A DNA stretch of 64,000 nt from Isurus oxyrinchus. Taxonomy: Eukaryota. The first letter of the stretch is position 1. Each line of letters starts with the position of its first letter. The position numbers and the translations under genes were made by a program. Below are positions 11,325 through 22,141 of this stretch, one piece after another. The stretch is taken from the NCBI GenBank assembly GCA_026770705.1, contig JANJGN010000210.1, forward strand, positions 310,001 through 374,000, given 5' to 3'. The notes below the pieces were generated by a model, which did no database searches, had not been told where the DNA came from, and was given only the letters and a program-made list of their open reading frames with translations.

Positions 11325-11452
11325 CTTCGCCAGAGTGACGGCAGTGCTGTAGAAAATGCTCAGGAAGAACAGGATGATGAATGTGGAAGCGGTTGTCCAG
11401 ATGTTGCCGTTATCATCCTCAGAGTCTTCAATCCAGGTGCGGTCTGTGGAAT
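11325..11452 (-). CDS. IGHM: IgM TM1 exon
   Basis: cgtag|(G)AT...AAG|gtgaga; encodes DSTDRTWIEDSEDDNGNIWTTASTFIILFFLSIFYSTAVTLAK with the conserved antigen-receptor TM motif; phase matches the internal Cmu4 donor. Confidence 0.95.
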
Positions 11453-12019
11453 CTACGGGGATATAACCGAGCGGATAGAATTAGATTGTTTATTATCTTT
11501 TATCTTTTAAAAAATATTCTCTTTACTCTTTCCTAAGTTATTAATGTATTCTCTAATTTAATGTTCAATGTATATCTACTTTTAAGCTCGTGAATTTCAG
11601 CAACCTATCTCTGTAACTATCTCCACAGCTGTTCTTCCTTTACAATCCTCATACAGTCAGAGTCGCAAAATATGGAAAATTATCTCCAGTATCAGTTCTT
11701 TTTCGACCAATTTTGTACGATCTATTATTGGAGAATGTTATGATGGATAGCGAGAGAGATTCACTGAGCAACTTATTTGGAAACTGTGGACGTTGCTTTT
11801 TAAAATCTCGGCCGTGATTTCCCATCTTGTTTCTTTATTTGTTTTGGAAATGTTTGGTGCGTCATTAACTTAAATCAGTTTCTCAGTAAGAACATTGTTT
11901 CAGTGTGCTTTTTGCATCATTATGTAATAGGGACAACTTCCGGAGGATAAGTCGGTTAAAAAAGTACATTTGAGTTATACTTTGTTCAATAGCCTGGCGT
12001 TTGTGTCATGCTTTAGCTT

Positions 12020-12975
12020 TTGTGTGTGTGTGCATGAGTATATCTTGCCTTTCATCACTCTTTGTTTCTGTCTCCATATGTGTGTATGAGTATTGAGGTG
12101 TGTTCATTTGCCAATGAATGCTGACTTGTGCATTTTTGTGTTTGCGTCTGCATGTATATTTTGTTTTTTGTCAATATGTATATATGAGTGTGTTATTGTG
12201 TGTGTTTATGCATTGATATCTAGGTTTATTTATTACTATCTGTGTCAATACGTGTTTATGCGTTCTTGTCTGCTAATATGAGAGTTAATGTTTCTTTTTG
12301 TGTTCCACGTATGTGTCAGCATATTAATGTCTGTGTCACAGCGTGTGTGGGTGTGAGTGTGTGTGTGTGCGTGTGAACGTGTGTGTGAGAGAGAGTTTTT
12401 ATGTGTGCATTTGTGTGTTGATGGATATTTAGAACTATGTATCAATGTGTGTTTATGTTTTCATAGGTATTAACGTGTGTTTTTTGTGTTCTCCTGTGTA
12501 TAAGCATGTTTCTTGTTTGTGTCTACATCTGTGCCTGTGAATGTGTTAGTCTCTTCCTCCATCTGTTTGTCTGTCTGGTTGTCGTCTGCTCATGTGTGTG
12601 CATGTGTCCATGTGTATCGATGAACTTGTCTCAATCTGAATGATAGTGTGTGTCTTTTTGTCTATATTTCTGTCATTATGAATGTGTGATTATGCATATT
12701 TGTGTCCTTATATGAGTCTGCTTGTCTGGTTTTATCTGTTTGTGTGTGCGTGATTGTGTATGTGTGTGTGTGTGTGTGTGTATGTGTGCGTGTGCGTGTG
12801 TGTATTTGTGTGTGTGTGTGCAATTGTGTATGTGTGTTCCTGTGCCTGCATTTGTGTGTGTATTTGTGTTTGTGTGTGATTGTGTGCATGTGTGATTGTG
12901 TGTGTGTGTTTGTCTGTTTGCCTGTGTTTGTGTGTATGTCTGTGCCTGTGTGTGTGTGTGTGTGCCTATGTATGT

Positions 12976-13010
<35 letters not shown>

Positions 13011-13100
13011 CCTGTCTGTACTGTGTGTGTTTGTGTCTGCGTGTCTATGCCTATGTGTGTATGTATGTTTGTGTGGGTTCATTTGTGTCCCTTGTGTGCA
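12020..13100. repeat. Imperfect (TG)n low-complexity tract in the Cmu4-TM1 intron
   Basis: Direct inspection; explains the CV- and HT-rich spurious ORFs. Confidence 0.9.
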
Positions 13101-13509
13101 TTTTTACTATTTTTCCGAGGTTCATCGGGTCCCAACGATCGAGTCTGTCCCTGATAGTGAAAATTATATTTTCAATGTTCTGTATAAACGTGTTTTCTGT
13201 GAGATGCAAGGTGATATCAGGTGAACGAATGCAAACAATCAACCATCTGCCTCATAAAATTCAGGAGCAGAACCGTAAACAACCCAGGGAGGATTTAATA
13301 ACCAGTTTAGATTCAGATGATGGAAAATCAATCTTAGCATAAGGTTAACAGGAACAAGAGTGTTAAAACTTCTTAAAATTATGTTGCATAAATATATATT
13401 TTACAACATTTCAAGCATGATGGGACTTTAAAACCTGTGACCAGTAAGCTAGAAGCTGATTTCTGCTGTTGGTAACTGAGTCCTTACAGTAGAGACCTGT
13501 TCCTTTCCA

Positions 13510-13865
13510 GATTCTCTGCTCGGGGACTGAGAGTCCAGTGAGTTAATAGTTTTGCTCCGTCTGGTTGGCTAAGCAATTTCCTTTTCGGTTCTCTGTGCTG
13601 AGAAGGTGGAGACACACTGGGTTTACCTATGATCTTCCTTGTCTTTTTGTTTAGCGAGTGGAGGTAAAATTGGCAAAAAACTTTCCTTTCACTTTTCTCT
13701 GTTGGGAAAGTGGGGTACAGTGGGTTAACAATTTCTCCTCCCCCTCTCTCTGTTGGGGAAGTGGGTGTACAGTGGGTTAACAATTTCCCTTCTCCCTCTC
13801 TCTGTTGGGGAAGTGGGGGGTATAGTGGGTTAACAATTTTCCTTCCCCCTCTCTCTGATGGAGGA
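13510..13865. repeat. ~51-bp minisatellite (3 good and several decayed units)
   Basis: ctctctgttggggaagtggg.gtacagtgggttaacaattt recurs at ~13697, ~13747 and ~13799. Confidence 0.8.
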
Positions 13866-14252
13866 TTATTGGGACTTGTTTCTGTGTGACCCTCACTTCA
13901 ATTCCCAGTGGGTGTGATGCAGCAGCTTAAAGCTGGCATCCACTTTAAAGGAATGGACAATAAGAGAAGCAGGAACACCGAGATCTCAACGTGCTGAGTT
14001 TGTTTGTGAGAAATGGGAATGGTCAGATTTCTCCTCAGTGGGAGGTGATGTTATTTTGCAGAGCCCCGTAATGAATGAACTTTACTCTGTCTCTAACCCA
14101 GGGTGCATCTGAGCTGGGAACATGGATGTACAAGTCTTGGTTCTGAGCCCTGGAAATATCCGATTTTAACTGAATAGGTCTAACATTAGCAAAAGTGGAA
14201 AACAATATTAATTAAGGAACCTTGCATTTAAATCACGATTGGAGAAAAGGAC

Positions 14253-14267
14253 TTTATTTTTTTTATT
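14253..14267 (-). terminator. Poly(A) signals for secreted mu mRNA
   Basis: Two minus-strand AATAAA (14262-14267, 14253-14258) ~30-40 nt after the secretory stop. Confidence 0.8.
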
Positions 14268-14294
14268 GAAGTTTGAAATGTAACCAAGAGACTC

Positions 14295-14686
14295 TCATTG
14301 ACATGAATTAACGGTGTCCATCAGTGCAAGAGAAATATTCACAAAACTCGGTTTACCGCTGGATTTATCAACCGTTCTGTTGATGATCTTCAAGGGAATC
14401 GCTTCATGTCCCACCACACAGGAGTAAGAAGCGCCGCTGGCCCACTCCTCCGCTGCAATGGATAACAGGCTGTACATGAAGAAGGAGCGATTGCCGTTCT
14501 CCGCCACCACCTCGGTGTTCTTGTAGTTTCCGGGATTCACCGGCTTGTCATTGACGGTCCACTTGACGAAGATCTCTCGTGGGGAGAAACCTCTCACTAA
14601 GCAGCTGAGGGAGACGAACCTCTGAGCGGAGACATCTTCTGCCGAGGGCAGGAGGACAGACACGGATGGTTCCTGCGGATTTTTGT
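14295..14686 (-). CDS. IGHM: IgM Cmu4 exon plus secretory tailpiece
   Basis: ctgcag|(G)AC AAA...; encodes [19 protein letters not shown]...[16 protein letters not shown]...[43 protein letters not shown]. Internal donor G|GTAAAC after 14357 serves TM splicing; tailpiece has an N-glycan site and penultimate Cys. Confidence 0.97.
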
Positions 14687-14799
14687 CTGCAGAAAATGTA
14701 CAATAAATGTCAATAAACTGGATAATTTCGGAGACAATGAAACCACTGGTTAGGGTGAGGGAAGTGTTTTTGAGTTGAATAGTAAAGGTTTACATTATC

Positions 14800-15010
14800 C
14801 ACTTCTAGGAAATATATCGCCATTCCTTTACTGTCGCTGAGGCAAAATCCTGGAACTCCCTCCCTGACAACACTGTGCATGTACCTACACCACAGGGATT
14901 GCAGCGATTCAAGAAGTCAGCACACCACCACCTTCTCAAGGGCAATTAGGGATGGACAATAAACTCTGGCCCAGCCAGCGACGCACACATCCCATTAATT
15001 AATGAATAAA
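14800..15010 (+). mobile_element. L2/SINE 3' tail
   Basis: 'gggcaattagggatggacaataaactctggcccagccagcgacgcacacatccc', a tail shared with several copies in the window. Confidence 0.65.
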
Positions 15011-15393
15011 AATCTTTGGGATCTGATCGGTTTTCCAGCTCGGAGCAGAGGTGGATACAATTCTTTTCCCTGAGAACTTATGGGGTTGGACTAGAAAGTT
15101 TCTCAAAGTTTACAGCACAGAACAGGCCATTCGGCCCAACTGGTCTGTGTTGGTGTTTAAGCTCCACACCAGGCTCCTCCCATCTTTCTTCATCGAAATC
15201 CAAAAGCACAGCCTTCAATTCATTGCTCATTCATCTACTTATCAATTTCCTCCTTGAAGTCTGCAGGCCCAGAGCGTTTAGCTAGTGGAATTGCCAATCC
15301 GGGTAGACCATGAACACACTGAATAGTAAATATTGACCCTTACACTGGAAATAGACACAATGACTCACTTATTGTTTCAATCTCACCGCTCAC

Positions 15394-15702
15394 CTTGTTC
15401 CTTGTGGATGGAACTCCTTAAAGGAGTCGGCAGATCCTGATTGCTCACCACGCAGTAGAACTCAGCCCCACTCAGCCAGGCTTGTGTCGAGATGTTTACG
15501 TTGCTGACCACGCTGCCGGGATGCTCTCCCGGTTGGATGGCAATCTCTGATTTCAAAGGCTTCTTTTCTTGGGTCCAGGACACGAGTACTGGTTGATGAG
15601 CATCAGAAACAATGCAGGTTAAGGTCACGGTCGCTTCCAGCAAGACCTGTTCTATTGGCGGTGGCAGTAGAGTAATTGTGGCATCTCTGCAGTTGGAACA
15701 TT
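15394..15702 (-). CDS. IGHM: IgM Cmu3 exon
   Basis: ctcacag|(G)AA TGT...CAA G|gtgagc; 309 nt, phase 1/1; [30 protein letters not shown]...W...[22 protein letters not shown]. Confidence 0.96.
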
Positions 15703-16054
15703 CTGTGAGACAGAAATGAAAATCAACCAAAGTTTCACCATGAGAATCAGGACAGCAGTATTTAGTCTTCACTCTCCAGAGGACATTCGACATATCAACC
15801 TCTAACTATCGTCTGTAATCGTCTTTACACAATGCAAAACCAGCTTGGTCTGTGTAAATTGTTCTCATAATTTCAGTCGTTTAGCCCTGGAAACATTCTA
15901 GCAAACCTGTGTTGCCCCAGTCCCAATACAAATACACCATTCCCGGGCCCTGGAATGCAGTACTGAATGCCGCTTTATGAATAGGGTGGATGCACTTTCC
16001 AGCACTTTATTCCGAAGCTATTACCAGTTACTTTAATGGGTTTGTATCTCTTAC

Positions 16055-16342
16055 CAGACCCGGTGGTGTTTCGACTTAGGGTGACCCCTTGATGAGTGAC
16101 CTGACAGGTATAGACCGCGCCGGTGAACAATTCCCCAGCGGAGACTTTCAGCCGACTGGTCACCGAGAAGTTCCCGTTCATTTCAAAGACGGGAGAGGTG
16201 ACAATTCCTGAATTGATGGGTTGTCCATTCTTCAGCCACTTCACGGTGATTGGCTTTGGATGGAAATCGATGACTGAACAGACTACGGTATCTTCCCGGC
16301 AGCTTATGGTTAGGAGAACAGCTGGAGGGGGCATGTCAGTAC
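16055..16342 (-). CDS. IGHM: IgM Cmu2 exon (shortened, divergent)
   Basis: ttttaag|(T)GT ACT...TCT G|gtaaga; 288 nt; [40 protein letters not shown]...[20 protein letters not shown]. Confidence 0.95.
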
Positions 16343-16555
16343 CTTAAAAAAACACAGGTTAAACATTTCTTGCAGAAGAAATTGATAACAGATACAATGA
16401 GGTCCTATATTTTAACAGGCTTTTTCCGTTAACAGACAATAACCTGGATTTTTCAGGGATCAAAACTATGCAGAGCACTATAAATGCGTTACAACCAAGG
16501 CCCCATACAGGTTAGTCACAGCGTTTCTGTTTCTTAGAGGTTCCTCAACACTTAC

Positions 16556-16852
16556 ATGGCATTTCAATGCTCTTGTCTGAGCCGCTGTGTCGAACCTCAC
16601 AGTTGATATCGCATCCCCCCTCTGACTCGGTGATGGTTAACTGGCTGCTCAGGGTCAAGGTTCCCTTCTGGTTTCTCACTGACGGGTATGTCTGAAATCC
16701 AGTGGTGATCTGCTGCCCATCTTTCTTCCAGATCAGGCTGGTGATTTCTGGGGAGTAATCCATCGCCAAACAGCCGTAGGTGATGGAGCCGTCGGTGTTG
16801 TGTTGCTGACAGGAGGAGACCAGGCTGTAGAGAGTGGGCGAAGACGGTGTCG
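16556..16852 (-). CDS. IGHM: IgM Cmu1 exon
   Basis: ttcccag|(G)CG ACA...CCA T|gtaagt; 297 nt; [46 protein letters not shown]...[16 protein letters not shown]. Confidence 0.96.
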
Positions 16853-17224
16853 CTGGGAAAGAATGGCCGATCGAACACGTTAGACTCTGTGATTTGTGAT
16901 CATTAAGTAAGCAAACAACTCAAAAATTGACGATTAGTATAAACATATCCAAATATATTCCAACTAAAACCCACACCTACATTTGATCATTTATTATTTC
17001 CATCATTTGGTGACCCTCACCTGTCGGTTCCCTCTTTCGAAACCCACACCTCTTTATCCGCTTCTATCCAATTTCTGGAAGGCCCCTCCCCTCTCCACGT
17101 CCCCCAAAACAAAGAATATCAACGGCCCTTCGAAAGTACCTTTGTAATGGTACCTATATAATGACCATAGAACTCTAAATTAAATACTAGTAACAGTTAG
17201 TAAGACATTTTCCAATCGTATGTA

Positions 17225-18800
17225 CATATGAACATGCGGATCAGTAGCAGCCATTCGGCCTCTGGGGCCTCCTCCACCATTCACTCCAGTCATAGCTGAT
17301 CTGATTGTGGCGTGAACTCCACGTTCCCTCCAACTCTCCACTAACCTTTGACTCCCTTGTCAATGAAGAATCTCTCTACCTCTGCCTTGAAATATTAATG
17401 ACTCATCCTCCATCGCTCTCCGGGGAAGGGAGTTCCAAAGTTTCGCGACCCTTTGAGAGAAAAATAAAATCTCCTCATTTCCGTCTGAAATGAGAGACCT
17501 CTTCTTTTTAAACCGTGTTCCCTATCGTTAGTCTGTCCCCAAGGGGAAACATCCTTTCAGCATCTACCCTGTCAATTTCCCTCAGGATCTTATATGTTTC
17601 AATAAAATCAGCTCTCATTCTTCTAAACTCTAATGGATACAGGCCCAGCCTATCGAAACTTCCCTCATGAGAGATCCGATGACACCTCTCAGTATCATTT
17701 GAACGAACATTCTCTGAACAGCTTCTAATGCTTTTATATCCTTTCTTAAAGAAGACCAAATATGTACACAGTAATTCAGACAAGGTCTCATCAATGCCTT
17801 ATTAAACTGTAGCAAAACATCTTTACTTTTATATTCTAATCCCCTTGTAATAAATGCCAACACTCCCTTTGCCTTCCTCATCACTTGCTGTTCCTGCATT
17901 ATAACTTTTTGTGATTCATGCACCAAGGGATCCACATCCCTCTGTACCTCAGGGTTCTGCAATCTCTCTCCTTTTCAATAATATGCTGCTTTTGTATTCT
18001 TCCTGCCAAAGTGAACAAGTTTATATTTTGCCACATTATACTCCATCTGTCATTTTTTTACCCACTCACTGAACCTATCGATATCCCTTTGCTGACCCTT
18101 TATCCCCTTTTCACCAGTTACTTGCCTATCTGTCTTTGTGTCATCAGCAAATTTAGCAAATTCATTCAGTCCTTTCATTCAAGTCATTGATATAAATTGT
18201 AAATAGTTGAGGCCGCAGCATTGATCCCTGTTGCACTCCACTTGTCACATCTTGCCAACCTAAAATAACCAATTTATCCATGCTCTGTTTCCTGTTAGCT
18301 AACCAAACTTCTACCCATGCCTAAAATATTACTGCTGACACCATTATATTGTGCAGTAATCTTTGATGTGCCACTTTGTCAAATGCCTTCTGGAAGCCCA
18401 AATACAGCACACCCACAGGTTCTCCTTTATTCATGTTCCTTGTTACTTCCTCTAGAGGCCTCAAATAAGTCAGCCAGACATGATTTTCCTTTCACAAAAT
18501 CATGACGGGTTTGCATAATTGCATTTGAATTTTCTAAGTGACCCGTGATAGATTCCTTAATAATCGATTCCAGCATTTTTGCTCGGACAGATGTTAAATT
18601 AACTGGCCTGCAGGTTCTTGCTTTCCCTTTCCCTCCTTTATTTAATATAAAAGCCTCATTCTCTATTTCTAATCTGATCAGACCTTTCCAGAATCTAGGG
18701 AAATTTGGAAAATTAAAACCAATGCCTCTGCTATTTTAGTAACCACCTCATTAAGGCCAAAATATTTGTCCAACTTCTCTGCCCATTTCCTTATTTGCCA
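17225..18800 (-). mobile_element. CR1-type LINE, 5'-truncated and decayed
   Basis: Fragments 'EVQRDVDPLVHESQKV...KAKGVLAFITRGLEYKSKDVLLQ' and 'RLGLYPLEFRRMRADFIETYKIL'. Confidence 0.85.
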
Positions 18801-18947
18801 TTATTACGGGCTTTTCCAATCCATGTCACGTGGCTGGACTGTGCCCCCCCCCCCCCCCACCCCCCGAAGCCCCTCTATATGGCCCCCGGAGCCGTTGTTC
18901 AAAATGCTGGTAAGGCGGGTAAGTGGAATTGAAGATTTCAGTGAGGA

Positions 18948-19058
18948 GCTGCTCCTCCAATCACAGGCTGGTCTTCTACCCCGTTAGCTGCTGATAGGCT
19001 GAATAGCAGATCAGCAGTAAAAGTGGGAGACAAACAGGTTTGTGATTGGAGAGGCAGC
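18948..19058. repeat. Imperfect ~53-bp-arm inverted repeat with mirrored CCAAT boxes
   Basis: gctgctcctccaatcaca...ctgctgat / atcagcag...tgtgattggagaggcagc. Confidence 0.7.
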
Positions 19059-19284
19059 GAACACCCGCTGGAGAAAGGCACAGGGAAACGGGGGGAAGCG
19101 CACAGAGACATTATCTCCCTTCTATCGCAGGCACTGAGTGCCTTTCCCTGGGAATGGAAAGGATTTCAGGAGGGGGAGAGACAATGAAGGAGAGAGGGAG
19201 AGAGAGAGAGTGGGGCCCAGGGCATCTGGAGCCTTTGCTCGCAACTGCTTCCGCCCGGCTCTCCCTGCTATAAACTGGCTCTCA

Positions 19285-20955
19285 GCCCTTTCCCCCCCTC
19301 TGCCTCTCCCCTCTCCCACTTCCCTGCCCTTTCCCCCACCCACCTCTCTGCCCATTCCCCCTCCTGCCTCTGTGCCCTTTCCCCCTCCCGCCTCTCTGTC
19401 ATTCCCCCTCCCACCTCTCTGCCCTTTCCCCCTCCCACCTCTCTGCCCATTCCCTCTCCCGCCCCTCTGCCCTTTCCCCCCTCTGCCTCTCCGCTCTCCC
19501 ACTTCCCTGCCCTTTCCCCCACCCACCTCTCTGCCCATTCCCCCTCCCGCCTCCCTGTCCTTTCCCCCTCCCGCCTCTCTGTCATTCCCCCTCCCACCTC
19601 TCTGCCCTTTCCCCCTCCCACCTCTCTGCACACCCCACCCCCTGCTTCTCTGCATTGCCGCTTTGCCCTTCCCGACCCACCACTCTGCCCTTCACCCCCA
19701 CCTCTCTTCCCTTTCCCTCCTGCCTCTCTACCCTTTTCCCCCCTTGCATCTGTGCCCTTTCCCCCCTCCTCTCTGCCCTTCCCCCACCACCTCTCTGCCC
19801 ATTCCCACTCCCGCCTCTTTGCCCTTTACACCCGCCGCCTCTCTGCTCTTTCCCCCTCCTGCCTCTCTGCCCTTACCTCCCACCTCTCTGCCCTTTATCC
19901 GTCACCTCTCTGTCCTTTCTCCCCCAGCTCTCTACGCGCACTTCACTGCTCTTTGTGCTTTCTTCTGGCTCTCTGACCTTTTCCACTGGTTCTTTGCCCG
20001 TTCTCCCAGCTTGCTGCCCTTTCCATCCTCTGCCTCTCTGCCCTTTCTTGCCCCCCCCGCCTCTCTGCCCTTTCTCCCCTCTGTCTCTCTGTTCTCCCGC
20101 CTCCCTGCCCTTTCCCCCACTCACCTCTATGCTCTTTCTCCCTCCCACCTCTCAGCCCTTACCTCCCGCCTCTCTGCCCTTACCCCCTCGCCTCTCTGCT
20201 CTCCCGCCTCCCTGCCCTTTCCCCCACTCACCTCTGTGCTCTTTCTCCCTCCTGCCTCTCTGCCCTTAACCCCTCGCCTCTCTGGCCTTTTCCAAGCTCA
20301 TTGCCCTTTCCATTGACTCTCTGCCCTTTCCGTCACCTCTCTGCCCTTCCCCCTCTGTCTCTTTGCCCACCCTCCTCTCTGTCCTCCCCACCTCTGCCTC
20401 TCTGCCCTGCCTCCTCTCTGCCCTTTCCCCTTCCCACCTCTCTGCCCTTTCCCCCTACTGCCTTACTGCCCTCCCTCCTCTCTGCCTTTCCTCCACCCAC
20501 CTTCCTGCCCTTTCCCCCACTGCCTCTCTGCCATTTCGCCTCGTTACTCTGCCCGTGCCACCCCCCGTTTCTCTGCCCTGTCACCCCTCCACCTCTCTGC
20601 CCTCCCGCCTCTCTGCCCTTTCCCCCTCCCACCTCTCTGCTCTTCCCCCCCACTTCTCTGCCTTTTCTCGTCCAGCTCTCTGCTCTTAATGCAGGACTCC
20701 CTGTGCTTTCATCTGGCTCTCTGACCTTTCCCACTTGCTCTCTGCCCGTTCCCTGGATTGCTGACCTTTCCCCCTGCTCACTGACCTTTGCCCCATCCCA
20801 ATGCACTTTCCGCTGGATCCCTGCCCTTTTCCACCTCCCGGCTCTCTACCCTTCCCCCCCAACGCCCCCTCCCCTGGCTCTGTGCCATTTCCCTCGCCTC
20901 CCTGCCCTTTCCCCCAGGCTCTCCGAGCATTCCCCCCGCCTCCCTGCCCTTTCTA
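19285..20955. repeat. Polypyrimidine/polypurine minisatellite, ~24-bp unit, ~70 copies
   Basis: Unit cctctctgccctttccccctccca on +, TGGGAGGGGGAAAGGGCAGAGAGG on the IgM sense strand; 8-aa periodicity in the spurious ORFs. Confidence 0.92.
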
Positions 20956-21079
20956 ATAAAACTCATCGCTCCCTTCAGCCATGCTCCACTTTCCAGCACT
21001 GCTAGGCCTCAGGCCTCGCTTCCAGGTCTCTCTTCCCCACAGTTCCCACCTTCCCACACATCGATTTATGAAAAGTGAT

Positions 21080-21365
21080 CGAGTGAGTGAGCGTGTGCAT
21101 GATTGACAAAGTGAGAGTGGCTGAGTGACAGAGTGAGGGCGGGTGGCTGGGTGAGTGAGGATGCGTAGGTGAGTGAGGGTGGGTGATGAGTGGGCGTGGG
21201 TGAGGGTGTGAGATTGAGTACCTGTGAGTGAGTGAGGGTTGGCGAGTGAGGGTGATTGAGTGAGTGTGAGTGAGGGTGAGTGAGTGAGATTGAGTGAGGG
21301 TGAGCGATTGTGGGTAGTGAGGGTGAGTGAGTGAGTGAGGGTGAGTGATTTTGGGTAGTGAGGGT
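21080..21365. repeat. (GTGA/GAGG)n simple repeat
   Basis: Direct inspection. Confidence 0.85.
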
Positions 21366-21921
21366 GCCCAGGTGCTGCAGGCTCATCAAGGCGATGTTTC
21401 TCTGGATGATTTTCTGCTCCGACTCAGCTTTCTGTTGCCAGTTGTCCACAGCCGAGCTGGGGGCTCCTCCATTCGGCTCCACCACCTCCACCTCCTCCTC
21501 TTCCTCTCCATAGATCCTGTCCTGATTCTCCATATTGATCAGCTTTCAGTAACACCGGCTGTGTAAAGTCTGGCAGCAGTGTAGATCACTGGCCGGCTGC
21601 TTTAATGCTGATGCCTTTCTTTGAGAAACCCGTGTCAGTGCGTGAATAGGCAGACTGAGGGGGCTGGAGGGGAAGGTTACAGCAAAACCAAGATGGGCCG
21701 TGCAGGCATCTTGCACCAAGTGTGCACCAGTATTGGGGATCCAGGTGGCTGTGGTCTCCACCCTCCCTTTTTCTTGTTTCTTTGTGTTTGGTTCAACACT
21801 TGGAAATTCTGCACATATATAGTGATGTCACCTGTGTAATTTCATTTTACACAAAAAGGCATCGGAAATGGAACAATGAACATGCCTGCAGCTTAACGGA
21901 TCTTCTTTCTGAAATTAGCAT

Positions 21922-22141
21922 NNNNNNNNNNNNNNNNNNNNNNNNNNNNNNNNNNNNNNNNNNNNNNNNNNNNNNNNNNNNNNNNNNNNNNNNNNNNNNN
22001 NNNNNNNNNNNNNNNNNNNNNNNNNNNNNNNNNNNNNNNNNNNNNNNNNNNNNNNNNNNNNNNNNNNNNNNNNNNNNNNNNNNNNNNNNNNNNNNNNNNN
22101 NNNNNNNNNNNNNNNNNNNNNNNNNNNNNNNNNNNNNNNNN
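21922..22141. other. Assembly gap (220 N) inside the JH-Cmu1 intron
   Basis: Run of n. Confidence 1.

Noticed and set aside
12245-13342. Cys/Val- and His/Thr-rich ORFs (also 22147-22946 and 60170-60481)
   Set aside because: Artefacts of (TG)n and (GA)n microsatellites.
15382-15393. Second GTGAG donor 7 nt after the Cmu3 donor
   Set aside because: Its use would shift the frame; no evidence of use.
14295-16852. Assignment as IgW or IgNAR
   Set aside because: Four C exons, an IgM-type tailpiece, a Cmu1 light-chain Cys and a conventional VH with two D segments fit IgM.
19122-21078. Long Pro-rich and Gly/Arg-rich ORFs (up to 392 aa)
   Set aside because: Translations of a 24-bp polypyrimidine minisatellite; open in many frames on both strands.
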